This document shows positions 1-9,671 of a stretch of 22,069 nt of DNA, one piece after another (the stretch's first letter is position 1; the number at the start of each line of letters is the position of its first letter). The notes under the pieces are model-generated. The model was not told where the DNA came from, did no database searches, and worked only from the letters and a program-made list of their open reading frames with translations. This DNA comes from Armatimonadia bacterium (GTDB lineage: Bacteria > Armatimonadota > Zipacnadia > Zipacnadales > UBA11051): assembly GCA_039683575.1 (NCBI GenBank), contig JBDKRC010000310.1, positions 1-22,069 of the forward strand, written 5' to 3'. A program made the translations under genes and the position numbers.

Positions 1-13
1 CTAATAGTCATCT

Positions 14-81
14 GGTGTCGTCCTTTCTGGAGACCGAATTTGTTGGCGCAAACTCAGTTCTCGCTAAGAAAGGGCGACACC
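14..81. repeat. Long imperfect inverted repeat (REP/MITE-like or terminator of an upstream gene)
   Basis: GGTGTCGTCCTTTCT (14-28) pairs with AGAAAGGGCGACACC (67-81) with one G-U pair. Inner arms GAGACCGAATTTG (30-42) and CAAACTCAGTTCTC (49-62) pair imperfectly. Confidence 0.7.
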
Positions 82-144
82 TATCCCCACCACCACAAAA
101 TCCCACCTACTTCCGAAGGTCACACCCACCTTCCCACTTGCCTA

Positions 145-173
145 TTGCGCTGCGAAATGCACTTCGCTACAAT
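145..173 (+). promoter_or_regulatory. Putative sigma70 promoter for the first transporter, with a palindrome in the spacer
   Basis: TTGCGC (145-150), 17-nt spacer, TACAAT (168-173). The spacer contains the near-palindrome GCGAAATGCACTTCGC (152-167). Confidence 0.5.
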
Positions 174-337
174 TCTCTGACAGTAGGTGTCATGTCCTCC
201 GCTGTGTGAGTGCGTGCGGGAGGCTGCATTCCCCGCTGCAGCTTCGGCGACCGTTCCCCCGCCGAGCCGATGCATTGACCTATCGTCCCTTAACTTACCG
301 GCGCCGACACGGCGCCGGCATCAGCAGGTGTGGTAAC

Positions 338-2425
338 ATGCCGTACTCTCTGCGCAGGCTGTTTGTGGGCAATCCGTTGCCGACCAGCCGAATGACTGAA
401 GAGCGGATTGGCCCGCTGGTAGGGCTATCGGTGTTCTCGGCAGATGCCCTCTCGTCGGTTGCGTACGGCACCGAGGAAGTGCTTCTCGCTTTAGCCCTGG
501 CGGGCACGACGGGGCTACAGGTCTCAATCTATCCCGCCATCGCGATTGCAGTCCTGATCTGCATCGTGGCGTTCTCATACCGCCAGACCATCCTTGCATA
601 CCCCGACGGAGGCGGCGCCTACATCGTCGCCAAGGAGAATCTGGGGGTGTTGGCAGGGCTGATTGCGGGGGGAGCACTGCTGGTGGACTACGTCCTCACA
701 GTAGCGGTGAGCGTCACCTCCGGCGTCGCGGCAGTCATCTCGGCCTTCCCCTTCCTGCTGGAATACCGCGTGGTGATGGCCGTGCTGGTCATCGCCTTCG
801 TGGCCTTTGTGAACTTGCGCGGAACGCGCGAGTCGGGGTTCTTCTTCGCAATTCCCACCTACGTGTTCATCGTGTCCATCCTGGCCCTGATTGGCGCCGG
901 ACTGCTACGCAGCACGCACCCACCGGTACCGAATGTGATGAACCCGAACTGGTTGCCGGCCGTGCCTGCGCCACTGACGACGTTCCTGATCCTTCGTGCC
1001 TTTGCGTCGGGGTGTGCGGCACTGACTGGCATCGAGGCGGTGGCCAACGGCGTGCAGGCTTTCCGCAAGCCGGCGGCCCACAACGCGGTGAAGGTCATGG
1101 TAGCGTTAGCCTCGCTACTATTTGTGATGTTCATCGGGATCAGTTGGCTGGCGCATATCTATCATATAACGCCGGATCCGCATGCGAAGGTGACGGTGGT
1201 ATCGCAGATTGCCGAGGCGGTGTTCGGGCGCGGCGCGTTCTACCTGATCATCCAGTGCGCGACTGCCGTAATCCTGTTCCTGGCCGCGAACACGAGCTTC
1301 GCCGGGTTCCCGCGGCTGGTATCACTGCTGGCTCGCGACGGTTACGTGCCGCGCCAGCTATCGAACCTGGGCGACCGGCTGGTGTTCACCAACGGCATCA
1401 TCCTGCTGGGCGCGGCGGCGATCACGCTGGTCATCATCTTCGGCGGTCTGACCCATGCCCTGATCCCACTGTACGCAGTTGGTGTGTTCCTGGCGTTCAC
1501 CCTGTCACAGACAGGAATGGTTGTGCGGTGGCTGCGCCTGCGGACGACGGGCTGGCACATGAACATAGCCATCAACGCTGTCGGGGCGGCAACGACCTTC
1601 ACGGTACTGGGTGTCATCCTGATGGTTAAGTTCGTGGCTGGCGCCTGGATGGTGGCGATCTTCCTGCCGGTGATGGTATATGAGTTCATGTCCATCAAAA
1701 AGCACTACGCCGGCGTCGCCGACCTGCTCCGCATTGACAAGATAGAAAAGCTCCCCGTGCATCCGACCCGTGTCATCATCCCCATCGCCGGATTGCACCG
1801 GGGGGTGCTGCGCGCCCTCAGATTCGCTCTCGGCCTCAACTGCCCCACCGAGGCCCTCCACGTCGCCATCAATGAAGAGGCCGCCGACAAGCTGCGCAAG
1901 CAGTGGGCCAAACTCCAGGTGAGCGTGCCACTGGTGATCCTGGACTCCCCCTACCGCTCACTCGTCGGCCCGGTGCTGGACTACGTGGACGAGGCGCTCG
2001 AGAAGGAACCTGAGGCCTTTGTGGCTGTGGTCATACCCGAATTCGTCCCCCAGCACTGGCGGCATGCGCTCCTGCACAACCAGTCAGCCCTGCTGCTGGA
2101 GTTCGCGCTTCGCTCTCGTCCCAACGCCGTGCTGATCTCGATCCGCTATTTCCTCTCGCGGGCGGCGGAATCGGCCAAGGCTGAACGGGCTGAGATCGCA
2201 AGGCACGAGGCTGAAGCTCTCGGTGCCCCAGAGAGCAGCGAGAAGCCTGAGCCGATGGCACTGCAGGCCGCAACCGCGCCGCCACCACCCGATACGATTC
2301 CCGGGGATGTGGACCACGAGCCGCCACCTGTGACCGCATCCCCACCTGCGCCGGAGCCTCAACCGGAGTCTCCGACTCGTCCGCCGACCAAACCCGCCGC
2401 ACCACCTGCGGCACCGCCCGGATAG
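338..2425 (+). CDS. APC-fold permease, KimA/YdaO-like (probable K+ transporter), paralog 1
   Basis: Motifs FSADALSSVAYG, YPDGGGAY, LLVDY, GCAALTGIEA, LIPLYAVGVF, SPYRSL and LHNQSA, plus multiple TM helices and a cytosolic C-domain. Start moved from 206 to ATG 338 because MPYSLRRL matches the paralog 2 N-terminus. Confidence 0.9.
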   Translation: MPYSLRRLFVGNPLPTSRMTEERIGPLVGLSVFSADALSSVAYGTEEVLLALALAGTTGLQVSIYPAIAIAVLICIVAFSYRQTILAYPDGGGAYIVAKENLGVLAGLIAGGALLVDYVLTVAVSVTSGVAAVISAFPFLLEYRVVMAVLVIAFVAFVNLRGTRESGFFFAIPTYVFIVSILALIGAGLLRSTHPPVPNVMNPNWLPAVPAPLTTFLILRAFASGCAALTGIEAVANGVQAFRKPAAHNAVKVMVALASLLFVMFIGISWLAHIYHITPDPHAKVTVVSQIAEAVFGRGAFYLIIQCATAVILFLAANTSFAGFPRLVSLLARDGYVPRQLSNLGDRLVFTNGIILLGAAAITLVIIFGGLTHALIPLYAVGVFLAFTLSQTGMVVRWLRLRTTGWHMNIAINAVGAATTFTVLGVILMVKFVAGAWMVAIFLPVMVYEFMSIKKHYAGVADLLRIDKIEKLPVHPTRVIIPIAGLHRGVLRALRFALGLNCPTEALHVAINEEAADKLRKQWAKLQVSVPLVILDSPYRSLVGPVLDYVDEALEKEPEAFVAVVIPEFVPQHWRHALLHNQSALLLEFALRSRPNAVLISIRYFLSRAAESAKAERAEIARHEAEALGAPESSEKPEPMALQAATAPPPPDTIPGDVDHEPPPVTASPPAPEPQPESPTRPPTKPAAPPAAPPG

Positions 2426-2579
2426 CCGACGCAGCGCCGCAGCCAGCCGAGGAGCCCCCTCCCGCATGAGCCCACGTCTCATGGGGCTGACTGTACTGTA
2501 TCTCCCCGTTCACCAACCAAGTGCGACCGCACTGCAGCCCCTGGGCTGTCGTCTCTTGCACAAACTCTGAGGTACCACC

Positions 2580-4598
2580 ATGCCCTATTCCCTGCGGCGC
2601 CTGCTGATGGGCACTCCCTTGCCTACCAGCCGCATGAGCCATGAACGCATCGGTCCCGCTGTAGGTCTGTCGGTTTTCTCCGCCGATGCTTTGTCCTCCG
2701 TTGCCTACGGCACCGAGGAGGTACTGCTGGCGCTGGTGGTGGCGGGCACGGCGGGGCTGTCTCTGTCAATCTACCCGGCCATCGCCATCTCGGTTCTCAT
2801 CGCGATCGTGGCGTTTTCCTACCGCCAGACGATCATGCACTATCCCGATGGCGGTGGTGCCTACATTGTCGCCAAGGACAATCTGGGCGTGTACCCTGGG
2901 TTGATTGCAGGCGCTGCGCTACTGATCGATTACGTTCTGACGGTGGCGGTAAGCGTAACCTCGGGAGTGGCGGCGGTCGTCTCGGCCTTCCCCATGCTGG
3001 CCGAACACCGCGTCGCCATCTCGATCACCATGATCGGCCTGGTGGCGCTCATCAACTTGCGAGGAACCCGCGAGTCAGGGTGCGTCTTCGCTGGCCCCAC
3101 CTACCTGTTCATCCTCTCAATGGTTGGATTGATCGTGGCTGGATTGCTCACTCACTTCACCGGTGAGGTCCATCCCATCACCCACGTGGAGTGGCTGCCG
3201 GCGGTGGCGAAAGCCGTCACCCCCTTCCTGCTCCTGCGGGCCTTTGCCTCCGGCTGCGCCGCCCTCACCGGCATCGAGGCAGTCGCCAACGGCGTGCGCG
3301 CCTTCCGCGATCCCTCCGCCGCCAACGCCATAAAGGTCATGGTGGCCCTCGCCGTCCTGCTCTTCACGATGTTCCTCGGCATCTCCTGGCTCGCCCATGT
3401 CTACCAGGTAACCCCTGACCCTACCGCCCATGAAACGGTGGTCTCACAGATCGCCGCGGCGGTTTTCGGGCGCGGTTTCCTCTACTACATCATCCAGGGC
3501 GCCACAGCTATGATCCTCTTTCTGGCCGTGAACACCAGCTTCGCAGACTTCCCCCGCCTGTCTTCGCTGCTCGCCCGCGACGGCTACCTGCCCCGCCAGA
3601 TGGCGAACCTCGGCGACCGTCTGGTCTTCAGCAACGGCATCATCATCCTGGCTCTGGCTGCCAGCTTCCTTGTGCTGCTCTTCGGCGGCTTGACCCATGC
3701 GCTGATCCCCCTGTACGCAGTCGGCGTCTTCCTCGCCTTCACCCTCTCCCAGACCGGCATGGTCATCCGCTGGTGGCGCAAGCGCGAAAGTGGCTGGCAC
3801 GCCGGTTTGATCATCAACAGCCTGGGCGCAGTCACGACCGCAGTCGTGCTCGCGGTGATCCTCATGGTCAAATTCGCCGCCGGCGCCTGGATGGTAGTCG
3901 TGCTAATTCCCCTGCTCGTCCTGGAATTCCGCGCAATCCACAAGCACTACCTCGGGGTCGCCGCGCGGCTCCGCCTCGACGTAGTCGAGAAGCTTCCCGT
4001 ACACGCCACGACAGTGCTCATACCAGTCGCTGGCCTGCATAAAGGCGTCATCCGCGCGTTGCGCTTCGCTGCCGGCCTGAAGACACCATCCCGCGCAATC
4101 CACGTCGCCACCGATCCCGAAGCAGCCGCGAAACTCAAACAGCAGTGGCAGAAGCTGGACATAGACATCCCTCTCGACATTGTCGAGTCGCCCTATCGCT
4201 CCCTCACTGCCCCCTTGCTGGACTACGTGGACGGCATGTTGCAGCGCGATCCGAACTCCTTCGTGGCTGTTATCATCCCCGAATTCGTCCCCCAGCACTG
4301 GCGGCACGCTTTCTTGCACAACCAGTCCGCACTGATGCTCTCTTTCGCCCTGCGTTCCCGCCCGAACGCCGTGCTGATCTCGGTCCGCCATTCCCTCAGC
4401 GAACCTCCGCCTGGCCCGCCGTCCGGTAAGTACGAGGTCCAAGTGGTCGGCGCCCCGACTCTCGCTTTCACTCCCTCCACGGACGTCGAGGTGGAACCGC
4501 CGGCACCGGCGGACGTCGAGACGATAGAGCCACCCGCGAAACCCGAGGGCAAGCCCGCCGCCCCACCTGCGGCCCCGCCCGGCACGCCGCCCGGATAG
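2580..4598 (+). CDS. APC-fold permease, KimA/YdaO-like (probable K+ transporter), paralog 2
   Basis: Same motif set as paralog 1 and colinear with it over about 600 aa. GAGG RBS upstream of ATG 2580. Confidence 0.9.
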   Translation: MPYSLRRLLMGTPLPTSRMSHERIGPAVGLSVFSADALSSVAYGTEEVLLALVVAGTAGLSLSIYPAIAISVLIAIVAFSYRQTIMHYPDGGGAYIVAKDNLGVYPGLIAGAALLIDYVLTVAVSVTSGVAAVVSAFPMLAEHRVAISITMIGLVALINLRGTRESGCVFAGPTYLFILSMVGLIVAGLLTHFTGEVHPITHVEWLPAVAKAVTPFLLLRAFASGCAALTGIEAVANGVRAFRDPSAANAIKVMVALAVLLFTMFLGISWLAHVYQVTPDPTAHETVVSQIAAAVFGRGFLYYIIQGATAMILFLAVNTSFADFPRLSSLLARDGYLPRQMANLGDRLVFSNGIIILALAASFLVLLFGGLTHALIPLYAVGVFLAFTLSQTGMVIRWWRKRESGWHAGLIINSLGAVTTAVVLAVILMVKFAAGAWMVVVLIPLLVLEFRAIHKHYLGVAARLRLDVVEKLPVHATTVLIPVAGLHKGVIRALRFAAGLKTPSRAIHVATDPEAAAKLKQQWQKLDIDIPLDIVESPYRSLTAPLLDYVDGMLQRDPNSFVAVIIPEFVPQHWRHAFLHNQSALMLSFALRSRPNAVLISVRHSLSEPPPGPPSGKYEVQVVGAPTLAFTPSTDVEVEPPAPADVETIEPPAKPEGKPAAPPAAPPGTPPG

Positions 4599-4628
4599 AG
4601 ACGCGGACGCGGTTGTGCGTCGCCCGTT

Positions 4629-4658
4629 TTGACTTACAGGCTCTCGCTTTGCTATAAT
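4629..4658 (+). promoter_or_regulatory. Sigma70 promoter (extended -10) for yvcK
   Basis: TTGACT (4629-4634), 18-nt spacer, TG-C-TATAAT (TATAAT at 4653-4658). Confidence 0.75.
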
Positions 4659-4726
4659 TTCGCTGCTCGACCGCGCGCAGGACGGTATCCACGTCCTGCG
4701 CTTTGCTATCCTCAAGCAGGTAACAC

Positions 4727-5989
4727 ATGGACACACTGCGCAGGGCTCTGCGGTGGCTGCAGCCGGGGTTGGGGGTCAAGCGCTGGATTGCGCTCCTCCT
4801 ACTCGGCCTCGTGGCCGTCGGCTTCGGAGCTTTGCTGACCTTCAATCTCTACGCCTGGGATGTCGTTGCCAGCCTCGGCAGTACCGCACAGGCCAGCCTG
4901 ATTGGCATCATCGCCATTCTGGCCGGCCTGACCATCGTCGCCCTCTCCCTCGTCGCCATGGTCCGCAATATCGCCCGCGCGATCCTGCCCGACGAGAAAG
5001 AGCTGGTTGACCGCATGTGGGCTCAGCGCCGCCTCGGCAGCGGGATCAAGGTAGTCGCCCTCGGTGGCGGCACCGGGCTCTCCTCGCTCCTCCGCGGTCT
5101 GAAGGCCTTCTCCAACAATATCACCGCCATTGTCGTCGTCTCGGACGATGGCGGCAGTTCCGGCCGCCTGCAGCGTGAGGTGCCCTCCCTCTCGTTGCCC
5201 CCCGGCGACATCCGCAACTGCCTAGCGGCGCTGGCCGATGAAGAACCCCTCATGACGCGGCTTTTGCAGTACCGCTTCAACGAGTCCGCCCATGAACTCG
5301 AGGGCCATAGCATCGGCAACCTGCTGATCGCTGCGCTCGAAGACATTACCGGCGACTTTGAGGAAGCCATTCGCGAGACCAGCCGCGTTCTCGCTATCCG
5401 TGGCAAGGTTCTCCCGCCAACCCTCGACAGCGTTCAGCTCTGCGCCCGCCTGAAGGATGGCTCCACGATCCTCGGCGAAAGCGCCATCGGCCGCTGCGGC
5501 TCCCCCGTTGACTACGTCTACCTCGATCCCGCAACCCCTGAGCCCCTGCCCGAAGCCCTTGATGCCATCGCAGCCGCGGATCTGATAGTCATCGGCCCCG
5601 GCAGCCTCTACACGAGCGTGATACCAAACCTGCTCGTGCCGCGCATGGCCGCCGCCATCGCCGCTTCGCAGGCCATCCGCGCCTTCGTCTGCAACGTCAT
5701 GACCCAGCCCGGCGAAACCAGCCACATGACCGCCGCCGAGCACGTCCAGGCCGTGATGCGCCATACCGAGCAACAGGTCTTCGATTACGTGATCCTCAAC
5801 AATCGCCGCCCCCAGAAGGAAGTCCTGCAGCGCTACGGCGCCTCTGGAGCCGAATTCGTCGCCCCCGACGCTCGCCAGATCGCCAAACTGGGCTTCATGC
5901 CCGTCGAAGCCCCCCTGCTGGCCGCCGAGAACTTCGCCCGCCACGACCCGCACGAGCTGGCCCGCCTGCTGGTGGGGCTGGCGGAGTAG
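4727..5989 (+). CDS. yvcK: YvcK/GlmR family (UPF0052, CofD-like) gluconeogenesis factor / UDP-GlcNAc-binding protein with two N-terminal TM helices
   Basis: Motifs GGGTGLS, DDGGSSGRL, PPGDIRNCL, GHSIGNL, GPGSLYTS, NVMTQPGET and RHDP. N-terminal PGLGVKRW plus hydrophobic segments are typical of the long form. Confidence 0.93.
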   Translation: MDTLRRALRWLQPGLGVKRWIALLLLGLVAVGFGALLTFNLYAWDVVASLGSTAQASLIGIIAILAGLTIVALSLVAMVRNIARAILPDEKELVDRMWAQRRLGSGIKVVALGGGTGLSSLLRGLKAFSNNITAIVVVSDDGGSSGRLQREVPSLSLPPGDIRNCLAALADEEPLMTRLLQYRFNESAHELEGHSIGNLLIAALEDITGDFEEAIRETSRVLAIRGKVLPPTLDSVQLCARLKDGSTILGESAIGRCGSPVDYVYLDPATPEPLPEALDAIAAADLIVIGPGSLYTSVIPNLLVPRMAAAIAASQAIRAFVCNVMTQPGETSHMTAAEHVQAVMRHTEQQVFDYVILNNRRPQKEVLQRYGASGAEFVAPDARQIAKLGFMPVEAPLLAAENFARHDPHELARLLVGLAE

Positions 5990-6018
5990 CCGCCCCACCC
6001 GGTAAGAGCCCCACAGGC

Positions 6019-6077
6019 TGTCATTCTGAGCGAAGCGAAGAATCCCCCCGCGATTCTTCGCTTCGCTCAGAATGACA
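6019..6077. repeat. Perfect 26-bp inverted repeat, TGTCATTCTGAGCGAAGCGAAGAATC-type REP/MITE-like element
   Basis: Arms 6019-6044 and 6052-6077 are exact reverse complements with a 7-nt loop. Confidence 0.9.
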
Positions 6078-6108
6078 CCGTTATCGTTGCTGTTCGCCTT
6101 TTCCGATT

Positions 6109-6139
6109 CTGACCCCTGACCCCTGAAACCTGATCCCTG
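6109..6139 (+). repeat. Degenerate 7-nt tandem repeat (CTGAnnC)x4
   Basis: CTGACCC CTGACCC CTGAAAC CTGATCC CTG. Confidence 0.7.
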
Positions 6140-6150
6140 CCGTTCCTCTG

Positions 6151-6178
6151 TTGACACCCCGCCAGCAAAGGTTATAAT
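6151..6178 (+). promoter_or_regulatory. Consensus sigma70 promoter for gap
   Basis: TTGACA (6151-6156), 16-nt spacer, TATAAT (6173-6178). Confidence 0.85.
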
Positions 6179-6188
6179 GACATACTGA

Positions 6189-7379
<1,191 letters not shown>

Positions 7380-7397
7380 GCTCCAGTAGCGAAATAT

Positions 7398-7430
7398 ACG
7401 GCGGAGTCGGCAACGACTCCGCCGTTTTCG
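7398..7430 (+). terminator. Putative intrinsic terminator or stabilising hairpin after gap
   Basis: 12-bp stem ACGGCGGAGTCG / CGACTCCGCCGT, GCAA tetraloop, short T tract. Confidence 0.75.
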
Positions 7431-7456
7431 TGTCGCTTGGCAGAGACAGTATCCCG

Positions 7457-7479
7457 GCAGGACGGGCGTCTTGCCCGTC
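7457..7479 (+). repeat. REP-like palindrome, family A (variant head)
   Basis: GCAGG-ACGGGC-GTCTT-GCCCGT-C, nearly identical to the copy at 9574. Confidence 0.6.
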
Positions 7480-7521
7480 GCGGCCAACGCCCGGCCGCAA
7501 TCCGGTCAAGGGGCTGATACC

Positions 7522-8217
7522 ATGCGCAAGACAATCCGCAACCTGATCTACCTCTCGATTGGTATCACCGTCGCCTTCGAGTTGCTGCAAGCCTTCGTTT
7601 ACACCAAGTCCGCCCACGGACAGCCGGCTCAGACGCCGAAGATCGCCCTGCCCGCGCCGCAGACTGACAGCACCTTCTCACTGGAAAAAGCCCTCGCCAC
7701 CCGGCGCTCCAAGCGCCAATGGAAGCCGGTGCCCCTGACCCTCGCCCAACTCGGTCAGCTCTGCTGGGCTGCTCAGGGCATCACAGACCCCGCCTCCGGC
7801 AAGCGCACGTGCCCCTCTCCCATGGGAGTGTACGCACTTGAGCTTTACGCGCTCAACGCCGACGGCGTCTTCCACTATCTGCCCAAAGAGCACGCCCTTG
7901 AGCGCTTGGCCACCGAAGACCGCCGTGTGGCTCTTGGCGACGCCTGCCGTGGACAGCAGCAAGTCAAAACCTGTGCCACCGCCTTTGTCATCACCGCTGA
8001 CATGCCCAAAGCCGAGGAGAAGCTGGGGATGGCAAACAAGCAGATGCTATGCCTGGAATCTGGCCACTGTGCGCAGAACATTCTCCTTCAGGCCGTCGCG
8101 CTCGGTCTCGGTGCAGTACCCATTGGCGCCGGCCGCGACGCTGAAATTCGCGAGGTCCTGCAGTTGCCTGATCGCTTGACGGCCCTGTACGTGGTGGCCA
8201 CCGGCAATCCGCAGTAG
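7522..8217 (+). CDS. SagB/ThcOx-type nitroreductase-superfamily flavoprotein with an N-terminal signal/anchor
   Basis: SLEKALATRRSKR, LGQLCWAAQGIT, RTCPS, ESGHCAQNILLQAVALGLG.VPIGA. Basic then hydrophobic N-terminus ending AHG-Q. Start ATG 7522 follows AGGGG. Confidence 0.85.
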   Translation: MRKTIRNLIYLSIGITVAFELLQAFVYTKSAHGQPAQTPKIALPAPQTDSTFSLEKALATRRSKRQWKPVPLTLAQLGQLCWAAQGITDPASGKRTCPSPMGVYALELYALNADGVFHYLPKEHALERLATEDRRVALGDACRGQQQVKTCATAFVITADMPKAEEKLGMANKQMLCLESGHCAQNILLQAVALGLGAVPIGAGRDAEIREVLQLPDRLTALYVVATGNPQ

Positions 8218-8229
8218 CTCACCTGTTTT

Positions 8230-8297
8230 TGTCATGCTGAGGAGCGCCGTTTGCGACGAAGCATCTCCGGAGATCCTTCACTTCGTTCAGGATGACA
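8230..8297. repeat. Diverged second copy of the TGTCAT...ATGACA palindromic element
   Basis: TGTCATGCTGAGGAGCG...CGAAGCATCT ccgg AGATCCTTCACTTCGTTCAGGATGACA. The right arm aligns with the 6052-6077 arm. Confidence 0.8.
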
Positions 8298-8366
8298 ACG
8301 CGAAGCCTCACTTCTTACGCGCCACGAGCGATTCTCTAATCGCCCAACCCTCGGGAGGTCATCTCG

Positions 8367-9554
8367 ATGCATAAGAAAACCATCAACGACGTGGACCTGA
8401 AGGGAAAGACCGTCCTGGTGCGCGTGGACTTCAACGTCCCGCTCGAGAACGGCCGCATCACCGACGCCACCCGCATCTCGGCCGCCTTGCCGACCATCAA
8501 GGCTCTGTCGGGCAGCAAGCTGATTCTCTGCTCGCACCTCGGCCGCCCCGAGGGCAAGCGGAATCCCGAGGAAAGCCTTGCGCCCTGCGCCGTCCGCCTC
8601 GCCGAACTGCTCGGCAAAGACGTGCCCTTCATCGACGACTGCATCGGTGACAAAGTCGCCGCCGCTGTGGCCAACATGAAGGCCGGCGATGTGATCCTGC
8701 TCGAGAACACCCGCTTCTACCCGGGCGAGGAGAGCAAGGACAAGGAGCAGATGCTGGCTTTCGCCAAGGACCTCGCGGCTCCGGCCGAGGCCTTCGTCAA
8801 CGACGCGTTTGGCAGTTCCCATCGCAAGCACGCGTCCGTCTACGGGGTTACCCAGTTCCTCTCCCCTTGCGTCGCCGGCCTGCTCGTGGAGAAGGAAGTC
8901 TCCATGCTTCAGAAGCTCTACAACTCGCCCCAGGACGGCTTCATCGTGGTTCTCGGCGGCAAGAAGGTCAAAGACAAGATCGGCGTCATCAAGAGCCTCC
9001 TGCCCCGCTGCGAGAAGATGCTCATCGGCGGCGCCATGACCTACTCCTTCTTCAAGGCCAAGGGCTATGAAATCGGCTCCTCGTACTGCCCCGAGGGCAG
9101 CGAAACTCTCGCCCAGGAAGTCATGGACGCGATGAAGGACCACCTGGACAAGATGATCCTGCCGCAGGACGTGAACATGCAGAACGTAGCCGGGGACCAC
9201 AGCACCAAGTACGCCGCTCCCACGGCTATCGAGCCCGGTTGGGACGCTCAGGACATCGGCCCGGAGACCGCGAAGATGTACGCCGACCTCGTTCGCGCGG
9301 CCAAGACCGTCTTCTGGAATGGCCCGATGGGGCACTTCGAGGTCAAGCCGTTCGACCAGGGCACCCTCGAAGTCGCCAAGGCCATGGGCGAATGCCCCGG
9401 CTTCAACGTGATCGGCGGCGGCGACTCGGTCGCAGCCGTTACCCAGATGCACCTCGAAGACAAGATCGACCACGTCTCGACCGGCGGCGGCGCCTCCCTC
9501 GAGTACCTCGAGAACGGCAGCCTCCCCGGCGTAGACGCGCTGGACGAGAAATAG
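8367..9554 (+). CDS. pgk: Phosphoglycerate kinase
   Basis: RVDFNVP, SHLGRP, LLENTRF, NDAFG..HR.HAS, WNGPMG.FE, GGGDS and HVSTGGGASLE. GGAGG RBS. Confidence 0.98.
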   Translation: MHKKTINDVDLKGKTVLVRVDFNVPLENGRITDATRISAALPTIKALSGSKLILCSHLGRPEGKRNPEESLAPCAVRLAELLGKDVPFIDDCIGDKVAAAVANMKAGDVILLENTRFYPGEESKDKEQMLAFAKDLAAPAEAFVNDAFGSSHRKHASVYGVTQFLSPCVAGLLVEKEVSMLQKLYNSPQDGFIVVLGGKKVKDKIGVIKSLLPRCEKMLIGGAMTYSFFKAKGYEIGSSYCPEGSETLAQEVMDAMKDHLDKMILPQDVNMQNVAGDHSTKYAAPTAIEPGWDAQDIGPETAKMYADLVRAAKTVFWNGPMGHFEVKPFDQGTLEVAKAMGECPGFNVIGGGDSVAAVTQMHLEDKIDHVSTGGGASLEYLENGSLPGVDALDEK

Positions 9555-9573
9555 CCTGTGACAGCGAACCCGC

Positions 9574-9596
9574 GTAGTACGGGCGTCTCGCCCGTC
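9574..9596 (+). repeat. GTAG-type REP-like palindrome, family A
   Basis: GTAGT-ACGGGC-GTCTC-GCCCGT-C. Confidence 0.65.
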
Positions 9597-9671
9597 TCCC
9601 GGAGGGGCCGAGCTTCAGCCGGCCCAATCACCGACCACCTTTAGTTACACCAATTTAGGAGACCGATACCA

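Noticed and set aside
15-337. ORF 15..209 and the N-terminal extension 206..337 of transporter 1
   Set aside because: They overlap a hairpin and the promoter, lack host codon bias, and paralog homology begins at ATG 338.
82-337. ydaO/c-di-AMP riboswitch expected upstream of kimA-like genes
   Set aside because: The conserved riboswitch sequence blocks are not recognisable here or in 2426-2579. An Rfam scan is needed to exclude it fully.
7522-8217. RiPP (azole) biosynthesis cluster suggested by the SagB-like gene
   Set aside because: No YcaO, E1-like protein, precursor peptide or exporter lies nearby. Stand-alone SagB-like proteins are common.
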